The position numbers and the translations under genes are program-made. 64,000 bases of DNA, from IMG/VR virus record IMGVR_UViG_3300002026_000124, positions 8,176 to 72,175 of that record; one strand, 5' to 3'. This stretch comes from a virus. Lineage: Duplodnaviria; Caudoviricetes. The notes below the pieces were generated by a model. The model saw nothing but the letters and a program-made list of their open reading frames with translations. It was not told where the DNA came from and ran no database searches. Of the stretch, positions 48,142 to 57,940 are shown in pieces; the first letter of the stretch is position 1; every line of letters starts with the position of its first letter.

Positions 48142-50721
48142 ATGAACGAAAAAATCTTAAAAACTTACGCAAAATCCGAAATTTATAAAGCAACATTAGA
48201 ATACTTTAAAGGCGATACATTAGCTACCGAAGTATGGATAAATAAATATTGTTTAAAAAATGATACGGATTATTTCGAACTTACACCGGATGATATGCAT
48301 CGAAGAATTGCGGGTGAACTTGCAAGAATTGAAGCAAAATACCCCAATCCATTATCTGAGGACCAGATTTATAAAACGCTAAAGAATTTTAAAAGAATTG
48401 TACCGCAAGGTTCACCAATGTCAGGAATTGGAAACGATTTTCAAGTTGTATCGTTATCAAATTGTTTTGTGATTGGTAATAAAGGTGAAGGTGATTCTTA
48501 TGGTGCTATATTAAAAATCGACCAAGAACAAGTTCAACTCATGAAACGTAGAGGTGGCGTTGGACATGACCTATCACATATTAGACCTTCAGGAAGTCCA
48601 GTTAAGAACTCCGCAATAACATCCACAGGTATAGTTCCATTCATGGAAAGATACTCAAATACAACAAAAGAAGTAGCACAAGATGGTCGTAGAGGTGCAT
48701 TAATGCTAAGTGTTTCAATTAAACATCCTGATTCCGAAAAATTTATTGATGCCAAACTGGAACAAGGTAAAATAACAGGTGCAAATGTTAGCGTAAAATT
48801 ACATGATGATTTTATGAAAGCTGCACTAGATAGTACACCATATCAACAACAATATCCTATTGATAGCGAAACTCCAAAATATACTAAAACAATTGACGCA
48901 CAAAAACTTTGGAAAAAGATTATACATAATGCTTGGAAATCAGCAGAACCAGGAATTTTATTTTGGGATAAGGTAATCTCTGAAAGCATTCCGGATTGTT
49001 ATGCCGACCAAGGATTTAAAACGGTTAGCACTAATCCATGCGGTGAAATCCCGTTATGTCCTTACGATAGTTGTAGACTATTAGCAATTAATTTATTTGG
49101 GTATGTAAGAAATCCATTCACCAAAGAATCATATTTCGATTGGTCAGCATTTTTTAATGATGCACAAATCGCAATGCGTTACATGGATGATATCATTGAC
49201 CTTGAAATCGAAAAGATTGATGCAATATTAGCTAAAATAGAAAGTGACCCTGAAGATGCATTTACGAAAATTTATGAAAATAATCTTTGGATGAATATTA
49301 AAAAAATGACCATTAAGGGTCGTAGAACTGGCTTGGGTGTTACTGCTGAAGGCGATATGCTTGCAGCTTTGGGTCTGCGCTATGGAACAGATGAGGCAAC
49401 TTCATTTAGTGAAGAAGTTCACAAGACATTGAAGTTAGAAGCATATCGTTCAAGTGTAACTATGGCTAAAGAACGTGGTGCATTTCCAATATATGATTGG
49501 GATAGAGAAAAAGAAAATCCATTCATCGAAAGAATTTTTAACGAAGATGAACAACTCTATAAAGATATGGTTACTTTTGGTCGTAGAAATATTGCACTCC
49601 TAACACTTGCACCAACTGGAACTGTTTCTTTAATGACACAAACTACTTCAGGGATTGAGCCAGCATTCTTACCTGTGTATATGCGTAGACGCAAGATTAA
49701 TCCACAAGAAAAAGACGTGCGTATCGATTTTGTTGACGAAGAAGGTATCGCATGGATGGAATATCCAGTATTTCATCACAAATTTGAAATGTGGCTTGTA
49801 ATTAATGGATATAATATTGACGTTGTTAAGACAATGACCAAAGAACAACTCGAAGAAATTGTTAAAACTTCACCATATTATAAAGCGACATCAAATGATG
49901 TAGACTGGGTTAAAAAAGTTGAAATGCAGGGTAGATTACAAAGGCATATTGACCACTCAATTTCAGTAACAGTTAATTTACCTAAAGAGACTACAGAAGA
50001 AATTGTTTCTAAAGTATATGAAGCAGGGTGGCGTAGTGGTTGTAAAGGAATGACAGTTTATCGTGATGGTAGTCGTAGTGGGGTATTGGTATCAAGCACA
50101 GAAAAGAAAAATAATGAAAAGGATGTTGAATTTCATGAACATCACGCACCTAAACGTCCTAAGAGATTAAAAGGTGAAATACATAGATTTCAAAATAGCT
50201 TGGAGAAATGGATTGCTGTTGTTGGAATTAAAGACGGTAGACCTTATGAAATCTTCACAGGTAAAAATGAAAATGGATTAAGTAATTTACCTTCGAATGT
50301 TAAAGACTGTGAAATCGTTAAAAATATTATTGATAAGGAAGAACTTAATGATGCCTATGAAAAAATCATTGTTAAGAAAAAGAGATATGACATTGAATAT
50401 GTTGACAGCGATGGTATTAAACAAGTTCACACCGGTCTAAACCATGCTTTCGACCCAGAATATTGGAATTATGCTAAATTAATTTCGGGAATGCTTAGAC
50501 ATGGAATGCCAATGATATATGCATATCAGTTGGTAGAATCGCTTAACTTTAAAGAAGACCATATCAATACTTGGAAAAATGGTGTTGCACGTGTAATTAA
50601 AAGATACGTGAAGGATGGTGAAAAAAGTCAGGGGAAGTGTTCTATATGTGGTGGAACTGAATTTGAATTTCAAGAAGGCTGTCTCAAATGTTCGGGGTGC
50701 GGGTGGTCAAAATGTTCCTAA
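48142..50721 (+). CDS. nrdJ: class II (adenosylcobalamin-dependent) ribonucleotide reductase
   Basis: SLSNCFV, TNPCGEIPL, APTGTVS, C-terminal Zn ribbon. Confidence 0.9.
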   Translation: MNEKILKTYAKSEIYKATLEYFKGDTLATEVWINKYCLKNDTDYFELTPDDMHRRIAGELARIEAKYPNPLSEDQIYKTLKNFKRIVPQGSPMSGIGNDFQVVSLSNCFVIGNKGEGDSYGAILKIDQEQVQLMKRRGGVGHDLSHIRPSGSPVKNSAITSTGIVPFMERYSNTTKEVAQDGRRGALMLSVSIKHPDSEKFIDAKLEQGKITGANVSVKLHDDFMKAALDSTPYQQQYPIDSETPKYTKTIDAQKLWKKIIHNAWKSAEPGILFWDKVISESIPDCYADQGFKTVSTNPCGEIPLCPYDSCRLLAINLFGYVRNPFTKESYFDWSAFFNDAQIAMRYMDDIIDLEIEKIDAILAKIESDPEDAFTKIYENNLWMNIKKMTIKGRRTGLGVTAEGDMLAALGLRYGTDEATSFSEEVHKTLKLEAYRSSVTMAKERGAFPIYDWDREKENPFIERIFNEDEQLYKDMVTFGRRNIALLTLAPTGTVSLMTQTTSGIEPAFLPVYMRRRKINPQEKDVRIDFVDEEGIAWMEYPVFHHKFEMWLVINGYNIDVVKTMTKEQLEEIVKTSPYYKATSNDVDWVKKVEMQGRLQRHIDHSISVTVNLPKETTEEIVSKVYEAGWRSGCKGMTVYRDGSRSGVLVSSTEKKNNEKDVEFHEHHAPKRPKRLKGEIHRFQNSLEKWIAVVGIKDGRPYEIFTGKNENGLSNLPSNVKDCEIVKNIIDKEELNDAYEKIIVKKKRYDIEYVDSDGIKQVHTGLNHAFDPEYWNYAKLISGMLRHGMPMIYAYQLVESLNFKEDHINTWKNGVARVIKRYVKDGEKSQGKCSICGGTEFEFQEGCLKCSGCGWSKCS

Positions 50722-51197
50722 CTTAATGTCTGGAATGAATTATTTTCTTAATAAAAATTAAATGATTTTATATAAAGATAACGAATACGTGACCTTTGAA
50801 TTATTCGATGGGACATCTGCAACACTAACTGTTTCGGAATATGAAAATTTTGTGAAAAAAAATCCAGAATATCAGTAAATGTTCTTTGATATATGAAATA
50901 AATATTATAAATTTGCTCTTCGAGCAAGTAAAATGATACAACTAGAAAGTAAAATTATTGGTGATAAATATGTGAGTGGTTATTATTTAACCATTCACGA
51001 TTTATCCGAACTCGTAAGAGATTTTCAGGTAGATTGTCGTGATGGATTTGTGAGTAACGACAATTCATATATTGAAAGTTGGTTAAAAAATCATAAACGC
51101 ATTGAAAATAAATGATATTGTACATAACATTAAAAACAATATGTTCGTATAATATTACTATTGAAAAATAAATAACTGTAAAATTAAATTAAAATGT

Positions 51198-53513
51198 ATG
51201 AAAAAACATGTAAAAATTGATGAAGGCTATTTCCTTGCCACGCAAGAAGTTAATAGCAATGTAACTGTAGAAGTGCAGAAAAGAACCAATCACATATTTG
51301 TGGTTGACGTAAGTGGTTCAATGTATAATGAGCTGCCACTAATCAGAACCCAATTGAAAAACAAACTCTCTAACCTGATGAAGGAAGGTGATACAATTTC
51401 AATTGTTTGGTTTTCCGGAAGAAACGATGCTGGAATCTTAAAAGAAGAAGTTGAAGTTAAATCCCTGAAAACCCTTAGCGACCTCAACGATGCAATTGAC
51501 AAATGGCTTCGTACTGTTGGGTTAACGGCTTTCTATAAACCATTACAACTTGTAAAAGAGTTGGTTGGTAGAATTAAAGTAAACAGACCCGATTCAGTGT
51601 TCTCAATGATTTTCCTTACAGACGGTTATAACAATGACTGTCCTTGGAATGAAGTGACAAAGGCACTTAAAGACCTTGAAAATGATGTAGTTAGTTCAAC
51701 ATTCGTTGAATATGGATACTACGCTGATTCCCGCAAACTCACCGAAATGGCTTCAATTCTTGGTGGTGAGAAAATCTCAACAAGTAATTTTGATGAATAC
51801 GAACCGATATTCGACAGAAAAATATCATCAAGTATCAATGGTGGTAAAAAATCTGTTGTAGAAATCACCGATGCGTATCTTTACGATTTCGCATTTAGTG
51901 TTGGTGTTGACGGTAGTGTTTTATTGTACAACATTGTTGACGGAAAAATCCTGGTTGGCTCAGATGTAAAAGAAGTTCACTTTTTCAGTTCAACTGCTAT
52001 TGGTGAATTAAGTCTTCCACATTATCCAAAAAGTGAAAGATTGGATACTGCACTTTATGCTGCAATCTATGTACTTGCCGACAAACTCATGAACGATGAT
52101 GCAGAAAGAATTTTCTATGCACTCGGTGATAATCATTATTACAATATGTTAGCGAATGCTTTTGGTAAACAAAAACTTAATGGTTTTAAAACCGCTATTA
52201 AGGAATGCGTTGCTGACGTATCGAAAAGATTTCCGGATGGTGTAGCGAAAATTAAAAAGGTTGACGACAATGCGTATTGCCTAATGAATCTTATTGAAGA
52301 TTTAGGTAGTATCGATGGTTGCCTTTTCTATCCAAGTGATTCTAATTTCGTTTACAACAGAATTGGTAGAAAGAAAGTAGCTAGGGGTGAAAACCTTTCA
52401 GATGCTGATAAGAAGAGAATTGCCGAAGCCAAAAATGTTGAGGAACTGAGTAAAATCACCGAAGAAATCAGTGAAAAGAATATTGCGATTAAATTCAATA
52501 ATTCTGACCCTGATAGAGGTTATGCCTTAACTAATTTGGTTTGGAATGAAGAACGTGCCAATCTTTCAATTCTTATTCGTATTGAAGGTAATGCAACACT
52601 TCCTGCGAATAAATTCAAAATTGACAACATCGCAACCTACAAATACAATACATTCACTTTGGTGAAAGATGGTATTGTAAATGTGGACAAACTTCCGGTA
52701 AGCTATTCGAAGGAATTGTATGACCATTTAACTAGCAAGGGAATTAAATTCTTCGTTGTTGGTTCAGTATCTGCACCCGTTGTAACAAATCTCGATATTC
52801 CGAGAATCGTTATCGACCTTGCAAGTTTACCAATAGTAAACCGTGGAATGGTAAAAGCTGTTAGTGCAAACGAATTGGCTAAACAGGAATGGGAATTATT
52901 GAAGCTGCAAGCAAATAAGAAAGTTTACGATTACTACAGGAAATCATTGTTTCCTAAAGAAAGTAAATCTTTCATTGAATTGCTTACTCCTACTCTCGGT
53001 GCTGAAAAAGCACAGGAATGTGCCGATTGGCTTAAAGAAGTTGGTATTACTGACTTTAATGGTTTTGCACCAAAGACTGATTTCGAAGAATCTACGGATT
53101 TCTACATGTCAGTTAACTTGGCTACCAAAATCAAAGGTCTTTCAAGTCTACCAAAGGTAGAAGATGTTGTGGCTAAAATAGCAAGTGGTGCTGCTTTGAA
53201 GGTAAGCGAATGGGCAATGTCCGGAGCGATTAAAGCATATCAAGCTGCTCAAGAATCTGACATTTATAAAACATTGTCAGAGGAACAGAAGAAGGAAGCA
53301 CTTCGCACTTACCTCATTTCTAAAGCAACTGAATTGAATATTGCTAAGAGAAAAGTTATGCAAGAAATTGCACAAATTAAATTCTCTCTTATTCTTTCAA
53401 AGAAATGGTTTGTTGAATTCAAGAGTTTCGATGAAAACAAATTAAGTCTTAAACTTGATGGTCAGGATTTAGAATTTACTTTCGATTTAAGTGAAAAGGA
53501 AGAAAAAATCTAA
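51198..53513 (+). CDS. large vWA domain protein
   Basis: VVDVSGSM, FLTDG. Confidence 0.8.
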   Translation: MKKHVKIDEGYFLATQEVNSNVTVEVQKRTNHIFVVDVSGSMYNELPLIRTQLKNKLSNLMKEGDTISIVWFSGRNDAGILKEEVEVKSLKTLSDLNDAIDKWLRTVGLTAFYKPLQLVKELVGRIKVNRPDSVFSMIFLTDGYNNDCPWNEVTKALKDLENDVVSSTFVEYGYYADSRKLTEMASILGGEKISTSNFDEYEPIFDRKISSSINGGKKSVVEITDAYLYDFAFSVGVDGSVLLYNIVDGKILVGSDVKEVHFFSSTAIGELSLPHYPKSERLDTALYAAIYVLADKLMNDDAERIFYALGDNHYYNMLANAFGKQKLNGFKTAIKECVADVSKRFPDGVAKIKKVDDNAYCLMNLIEDLGSIDGCLFYPSDSNFVYNRIGRKKVARGENLSDADKKRIAEAKNVEELSKITEEISEKNIAIKFNNSDPDRGYALTNLVWNEERANLSILIRIEGNATLPANKFKIDNIATYKYNTFTLVKDGIVNVDKLPVSYSKELYDHLTSKGIKFFVVGSVSAPVVTNLDIPRIVIDLASLPIVNRGMVKAVSANELAKQEWELLKLQANKKVYDYYRKSLFPKESKSFIELLTPTLGAEKAQECADWLKEVGITDFNGFAPKTDFEESTDFYMSVNLATKIKGLSSLPKVEDVVAKIASGAALKVSEWAMSGAIKAYQAAQESDIYKTLSEEQKKEALRTYLISKATELNIAKRKVMQEIAQIKFSLILSKKWFVEFKSFDENKLSLKLDGQDLEFTFDLSEKEEKI

Positions 53514-53691
53514 TCATTTTTAATAAATTAAAACCCCGGAAAATATTCGGGGTTTTTTTGTAACGTAAACTTAATATTCGTTTTTGATTCATAACAGTAT
53601 GTATAGTTGTCAGGTCGGAAAGTGCCTTAAATGTTCCTATACTGGAATTGCCTGATTCCCTTTTTTATTGTATTTATATAGAAAGACTGTC

Positions 53692-53931
53692 ATGAAAAGA
53701 AAATTATTTGCAATCATATTAATTTTATCCGTAATATTATTATCTGGATGTGCAACCGAACAATATGCACAAGTACATCGGAAGAAAAAATCGTTGATGT
53801 TGTTGAAAAACACTGAGTTAGATAGGAATATTAAACTTTATAAACAAAGGCATAATCATTATAATAAACGTGATTTTGATAAGCATATTAGAAAACAAAA
53901 AAATCATTTTTACGGTAATTCTAAAAAATAA
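53692..53931 (+). CDS. putative lipoprotein
   Basis: MKRK, hydrophobic stretch, LSGC lipobox. Confidence 0.6.
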   Translation: MKRKLFAIILILSVILLSGCATEQYAQVHRKKKSLMLLKNTELDRNIKLYKQRHNHYNKRDFDKHIRKQKNHFYGNSKK

Positions 53932-53941
53932 TTGAAAAAAG

Positions 53942-53972
53942 TTTGCAGATATTGAAACTTTATTTACCTTTG
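53942..53972 (+). promoter_or_regulatory. Bacteroidota-type promoter of tRNA operon 4
   Basis: TTTG (53942-45), 19-nt spacer, TACCTTTG (53965-72). Confidence 0.75.
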
Positions 53973-54014
53973 CGGAGTATTTAGTTTTATACAAGACATA
54001 AAATTTATAAAATA

Positions 54015-54143
54015 ATGAAATCACAAGTATCCAATATTAACATTTCGTCAACGATTAATAGTCGTAATGGAGAAAGTATATTCTGTTCAAGTTTTACAGG
54101 CAGAAATATAGCGGATACGGGTTCAGGATTTTTATCGTGTTGA
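54015..54143 (+). CDS. attenuator leader peptide 4 (Ser/Asn/Ile/Thr/Phe/Cys/Gly/Arg)
   Basis: MKSQVSNINISSTINSRNGESIFCSSFTGRNIADTGSGFLSC*. Confidence 0.85.
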   Translation: MKSQVSNINISSTINSRNGESIFCSSFTGRNIADTGSGFLSC

Positions 54144-54166
54144 AATAAACACAAAAAAATTAAAAA

Positions 54167-54197
54167 GAACCCGAATTCGCAAGATTCGGGTTTTTTT
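54167..54197 (+). terminator. attenuator terminator 4
   Basis: AACCCGAAT...GCAA...ATTCGGGTT plus T-run; competing CGGGTTC at 54118-54124. Confidence 0.85.
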
Positions 54198-54213
54198 ATG
54201 TTCTTTTTATACT

Positions 54214-54284
54214 GTCGGGATAATTTAGTGGTAGAATGCTTGTTTGGTATTCAAGCAACACCAGTTCGATTCTGGTTCTCGGCT
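54214..54284 (+). tRNA. tRNA-Thr(GGT)
   Basis: Loop TTGGTAT. Confidence 0.82.
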
Positions 54285-54372
54285 CAAAATATAACTCTTA
54301 CGGGTTATAAATACAAAATATAACCTCTACAGGTTATACTCCGTAAGATGTTCATTGACATGCTGGTTTTAT

Positions 54373-54447
54373 GCACGGATGGTCGAGTGGTCAAAGGCAA
54401 CGCTCTGCAAAAGCGTACAATCGTGGGTTCGAATCCCACTCCGTGCT
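54373..54447 (+). tRNA. tRNA-Cys(GCA)
   Basis: ACGCT-CTGCAAA-AGCGT, U73. Confidence 0.92.
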
Positions 54448-54494
54448 CTGGGTCGTTTTCGTACTTTCTCAGTATTTATCTGAAAGTACAAATT

Positions 54495-55157
54495 ATGGCA
54501 AGAAAAGAAAAACAATATCATTTCATTTATAAGACAACTAATAAGTTGAATGGTAAATATTATTACGGAATGCATTCCACAAATAATTTAAATGATGGAT
54601 ATTATGGTTCAGGAAAAAGATTGAGACGTTCTTTGAATAAATATGGTAAAGAAAATCATGTTGTTGAATATCTTGAATTTCTACCCGATAGAAAATCGCT
54701 AATTGAACGTGAAAAAGAAATTGTTAATTTAAATGAAATTGCGAAAGAAGATTGTATGAATCTAATGGTTGGTGGAAAAGGTGGTTTTATTTCAGAACAG
54801 GCATTGAAGGGAAGATATGCTGCAGATAAAATTTTGATTGAAAAATATGGTGAGAATTGGCGAAGAGTTATTTTTAGAAAATATTTTGATGGTTTAAGTG
54901 ATGAAGAAAAAGAATTAATTTATCAGAAAATGAAAAAAACTAATGAAATAAATGGATATGACTATAAAGGTTTTTTAGGAAAAAAACATTTACCTGAAAC
55001 CATAGAAAAAATGAAAAAAAGTAAGAATGTTGGGATAAATAATTCACAATTTGATACTTGCTGGATTTATTCTGATGAATATAGTAAACCACAAAAAATT
55101 AAAAAATTTCAATTAAATGAATTTATTAATCGTGGTTGGCGAAAGGGAAGAAAATAA
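54495..55157 (+). CDS. GIY-YIG (Seg-like) homing endonuclease
   Basis: MARKEKQYHFIYKTTN...YYGMHST...GYYGSG; paralogue of 20132-20776. Confidence 0.88.
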   Translation: MARKEKQYHFIYKTTNKLNGKYYYGMHSTNNLNDGYYGSGKRLRRSLNKYGKENHVVEYLEFLPDRKSLIEREKEIVNLNEIAKEDCMNLMVGGKGGFISEQALKGRYAADKILIEKYGENWRRVIFRKYFDGLSDEEKELIYQKMKKTNEINGYDYKGFLGKKHLPETIEKMKKSKNVGINNSQFDTCWIYSDEYSKPQKIKKFQLNEFINRGWRKGRK

Positions 55158-55160
55158 TAC

Positions 55161-55241
55161 TGTGACGTGGATGAATGGTTTAGTCACCACGCTGATACCG
55201 TGGGTCGCAAGACAACGTGGGTTCGAGTCCCACCGTCACAA
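55161..55241 (+). tRNA. tRNA-Ile(GAT) with long variable arm
   Basis: CCACG-CTGATAC-CGTGG; variable hairpin GTC-GCAA-GAC. Confidence 0.85.
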
Positions 55242-55273
55242 CAAAGCAATCAAAATTTTAATCATTCACTAAT

Positions 55274-55358
55274 GGAAGAGTGTCCGAGTGGTTTATGGTG
55301 GCAGTCTTGAAAACTGCTGGATGTAAAAGTCCCGTGGGTTCGAATCCTACCTCTTCCG
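55274..55358 (+). tRNA. tRNA-Ser(TGA)
   Basis: GCAGT-CTTGAAA-ACTGC, G73. Confidence 0.93.
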
Positions 55359-55397
55359 CACTATTTAATTGGAAATTGGGTAGAATATTTAAAAAAA

Positions 55398-55482
55398 GGA
55401 GGGGGGACAGGATGGTAATGTGCCTGTTTGCTAAACAGAGGCTGGGATAATACCCAAGAGTGGTCGGTACACTCTCTCTCCG
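55398..55482 (+). tRNA. tRNA-Ser(GCT), aberrant T-loop
   Basis: Loop TTGCTAA; T arm GAGTG-GTCGGTA-CACTC. Confidence 0.75.
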
Positions 55483-55483
55483 C

Positions 55484-55930
55484 AAAAAAGGTTAGTAATC
55501 CAGAAGCCTAACCAGCCGAAGGGTGAAGTTTCCTTAATGAAATTGATACAAACAAGCACCTGTGGTGGGATTGCAATGTGTTGATAAATTAGTTAAAAAC
55601 TCATTTCGACTTTAATATTGGAACATGAAGATTTATGGTGCACCTTATCTTCTGGAAGGTTCGAAACCTTTGGAGTCGGCTAGAATCACATGCAGTGGAT
55701 ATCATCATGTGGTTTGTGCACCAAAAAAGAAGTCATGACTCTTTGAGGTGTAAAAGTTCTGGGATGCATAAGAGGCTGACCTAATGTTCTGTTGGAATTT
55801 GAGTGTTAGTAGATTTATTTACACGTACTTGGCAATACGATTAACACGATAGTTCTCCGAGACATTTTAAGTTACCTGCAATGGTATTCGGGAGACGTGA
55901 GTAGAAGGCTCACCCCAGAACTTATTTTTA
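55484..55930 (+). ncRNA. candidate large structured ncRNA
   Basis: No long ORF; long-range helices 55754-63/55914-23 and 55636-43/55716-23. Confidence 0.45.
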
Positions 55931-55932
55931 AT

Positions 55933-56008
55933 GCATCGGTAGTGCTATAATGGTTAAAACGGCTGTCTGTTAAACAGCGAGATGCAGGTTCGACTCCTGC
56001 TCGATGCG
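55933..56008 (+). tRNA. tRNA-Asn(GTT)
   Basis: GCTGT-CTGTTAA-ACAGC, G73. Confidence 0.85.
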
Positions 56009-56163
56009 CAAAAAGGGACAAGTAAATGGAACAAACCTTGTTTCCGCAGGGTGAGTTTGCCGTCTAAAGCACGGACATTTGCATCGGAATTGTCCTTTAT
56101 AGGTCGGGTTGCAGAGGGCGCAATTCGGGTAACTGCCTCACAAGGTAGCCTATATAATATTAT

Positions 56164-56235
56164 GGAGATATAGCTGAGTTGGTTTAGCGGTGGCGTGAAG
56201 TCCCACAGACACAGGTTCGAATCCTGTTATTTCCA
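56164..56235 (+). tRNA. tRNA-Phe(GAA)
   Basis: Loop GTGAAGT, one stem mismatch. Confidence 0.75.
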
Positions 56236-56326
56236 CTTGAGTGCGATAAATAATGTTTCGCAGCATATTATTAATGCATCCCTGTTAATATGTTGTGGGT
56301 GAGATTCCCACGCTTAAAAGAATTAT

Positions 56327-56399
56327 GGTGCAGTAGCAAAGTTGGTCAACGCATCGGACTGAAAATCCGACTATGGTGGTTCGAATCCACCCTGCACCA
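56327..56399 (+). tRNA. tRNA-Phe(GAA)
   Basis: TCGGA-CTGAAAA-TCCGA. Confidence 0.9.
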
Positions 56400-56406
56400 C
56401 AGTAAT

Positions 56407-56481
56407 GCGGGTATAGCACAACGGTTAGTGCGTCTGGCTTCCAACCAGAGGATGTCGGTTCGATTCCGATTACCTGCTCCA
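56407..56481 (+). tRNA. tRNA-Gly(TCC)
   Basis: TCTGG-CTTCCAA-CCAGA, U73, CCA. Confidence 0.93.
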
Positions 56482-56483
56482 TT

Positions 56484-56555
56484 GCACACTATAACTTAAT
56501 TGGTAAAGTGCTTGATTTGTAATCAAGATATGCGGTTCGAGTCCGATAGAGTGCT
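56484..56555 (+). tRNA. tRNA-Thr(TGT), imperfect stems
   Basis: CTTGA-TTTGTAA-TCAAG. Confidence 0.7.
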
Positions 56556-56641
56556 CAACAATGTCTTCCACACCTCTAAATTATGTGCATCTGGAAGGCT
56601 ACTTGTCGAACCCAATCATAGTACTGTGATTGGGTTCATAT

Positions 56642-56714
56642 GGTGATGTGGCGCAACGGTCAGCGCAGGACGCTTATATCGTCAAGGTTGTGGGTTCGAG
56701 TCCCACCTTCACTA
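56642..56714 (+). tRNA. tRNA-Ile(TAT)
   Basis: GACG-CTTATAT-CGTC, A73. Confidence 0.85.
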
Positions 56715-56729
56715 CAAAATTAATAACAT

Positions 56730-56818
56730 GGGAGTGTAGCTGATTAGGCTTTAGCTGCAGACTGTTAATCTGTGAATGAAAAATTGAAATAAAGTAGGTT
56801 CGAATCCTTCCTCTCCCG
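56730..56818 (+). tRNA. tRNA-Asn(GTT) with 20-nt A-rich variable region
   Basis: GCAGA-CTGTTAA-TCTGT, G73. Confidence 0.78.
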
Positions 56819-56856
56819 CTCTAAATAATTGCAATATTCTTCGTATTTATGTTGGA

Positions 56857-57756
56857 ATGAATTACAAAAATTTACATACTATTATTAACGAAGAAATTCA
56901 GAACGTTTTAGATGAAACGTATAAAAGTGTTGACGAAATTAAAAAATTAGCGAATAATATTCTTATCACAACTGCTGAGAAAAATTTCGAAAAATATAAT
57001 ACTGACGGGTCATTCAGGTACATTTATGGTGTAAATGTAGACCAAATGGATTCAAATAAGTACGATGAAATAAAAAATTATGTTATTGAAAGTAATGTTC
57101 AAATATATTTCCAACCCAAAGACGATAAAGGTAGTAATAAAGCAGATTATAGCAATATTGTAACACATAAAGGTGAAAAGTATAATCCAAGAACTGAAAG
57201 AGATATTAACCTTTATTATGATTACAATAGATTTAAAGAAAAAATTGATGAAATTTTAATTGAACATGTAATTAGTAGAACTGATTTTTATTCTAAACTA
57301 TATTACGAATTCTACACATCTTTGGTTCACGAACTTCAACATTCTTATGACGATTATCGTAGTGGTGGTATGGCGTATAACACTCCTGAAAATAAGAATT
57401 ATAGGAAAAATTATTACCGGAAAATGGAAAATAATATTGTGAGAAGTCAAATTAATGACATGGAAATGTATAAGAAATATTTAAATCTACCCCACGAAAT
57501 ATGGGCGAGATTTTCACAAGCGATGATTAAGGTTCATTTTTATACTTGGGATATTGATAAATCAAGTGATACTCAAATCATATATTCTATGTATCCATTA
57601 AAACAGGTATTAAATGATTTCAGATATGCATTTGATAATTTTAAGGTTTTATCACCGGAAACACAAAAAAGACTCTATAGAAAAGTCTCACAATTCTGGC
57701 ATATTGAACAGGAAAAAATTAATGAGCTTAATAAGAATGGTGGTAATAAACCTTAA
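56857..57756 (+). CDS. zincin-like metallopeptidase with INEEI leader
   Basis: LVHELQH and downstream HE; late motif 56843-56850. Confidence 0.65.
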   Translation: MNYKNLHTIINEEIQNVLDETYKSVDEIKKLANNILITTAEKNFEKYNTDGSFRYIYGVNVDQMDSNKYDEIKNYVIESNVQIYFQPKDDKGSNKADYSNIVTHKGEKYNPRTERDINLYYDYNRFKEKIDEILIEHVISRTDFYSKLYYEFYTSLVHELQHSYDDYRSGGMAYNTPENKNYRKNYYRKMENNIVRSQINDMEMYKKYLNLPHEIWARFSQAMIKVHFYTWDIDKSSDTQIIYSMYPLKQVLNDFRYAFDNFKVLSPETQKRLYRKVSQFWHIEQEKINELNKNGGNKP

Positions 57757-57797
57757 ATTTCCCAATATTAATAATGTTTCTAATAGTTCTTAATAAT

Positions 57798-57869
57798 GCA
57801 CCGGTAACTCAGTGGTAGAGTGTCTGGCTGTTAACCAGAGAGTCGGGGGTTCGAATCCCTCTCGGTGCG
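57798..57869 (+). tRNA. tRNA-Asn(GTT)
   Basis: TCTGG-CTGTTAA-CCAGA, G73. Confidence 0.93.
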
Positions 57870-57940
57870 CAAAACACTTGCTAATTGAAAAATTTTAATT
57901 AACTTTACTACAAAATAATTTTAATTAAAATATAATAAAA

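Noticed and set aside
16256-54143. T-box riboswitches as the regulatory mechanism
   Set aside because: No T-box consensus or stem I specifier loop seen; the leaders are short ORFs with cognate codon runs instead.
55484-55930. RNase P RNA or group I intron
   Set aside because: Diagnostic P4 (GAGGAAAGUCC) and P7/catalytic-core motifs not recognised, and the flanking tRNAs are uninterrupted.
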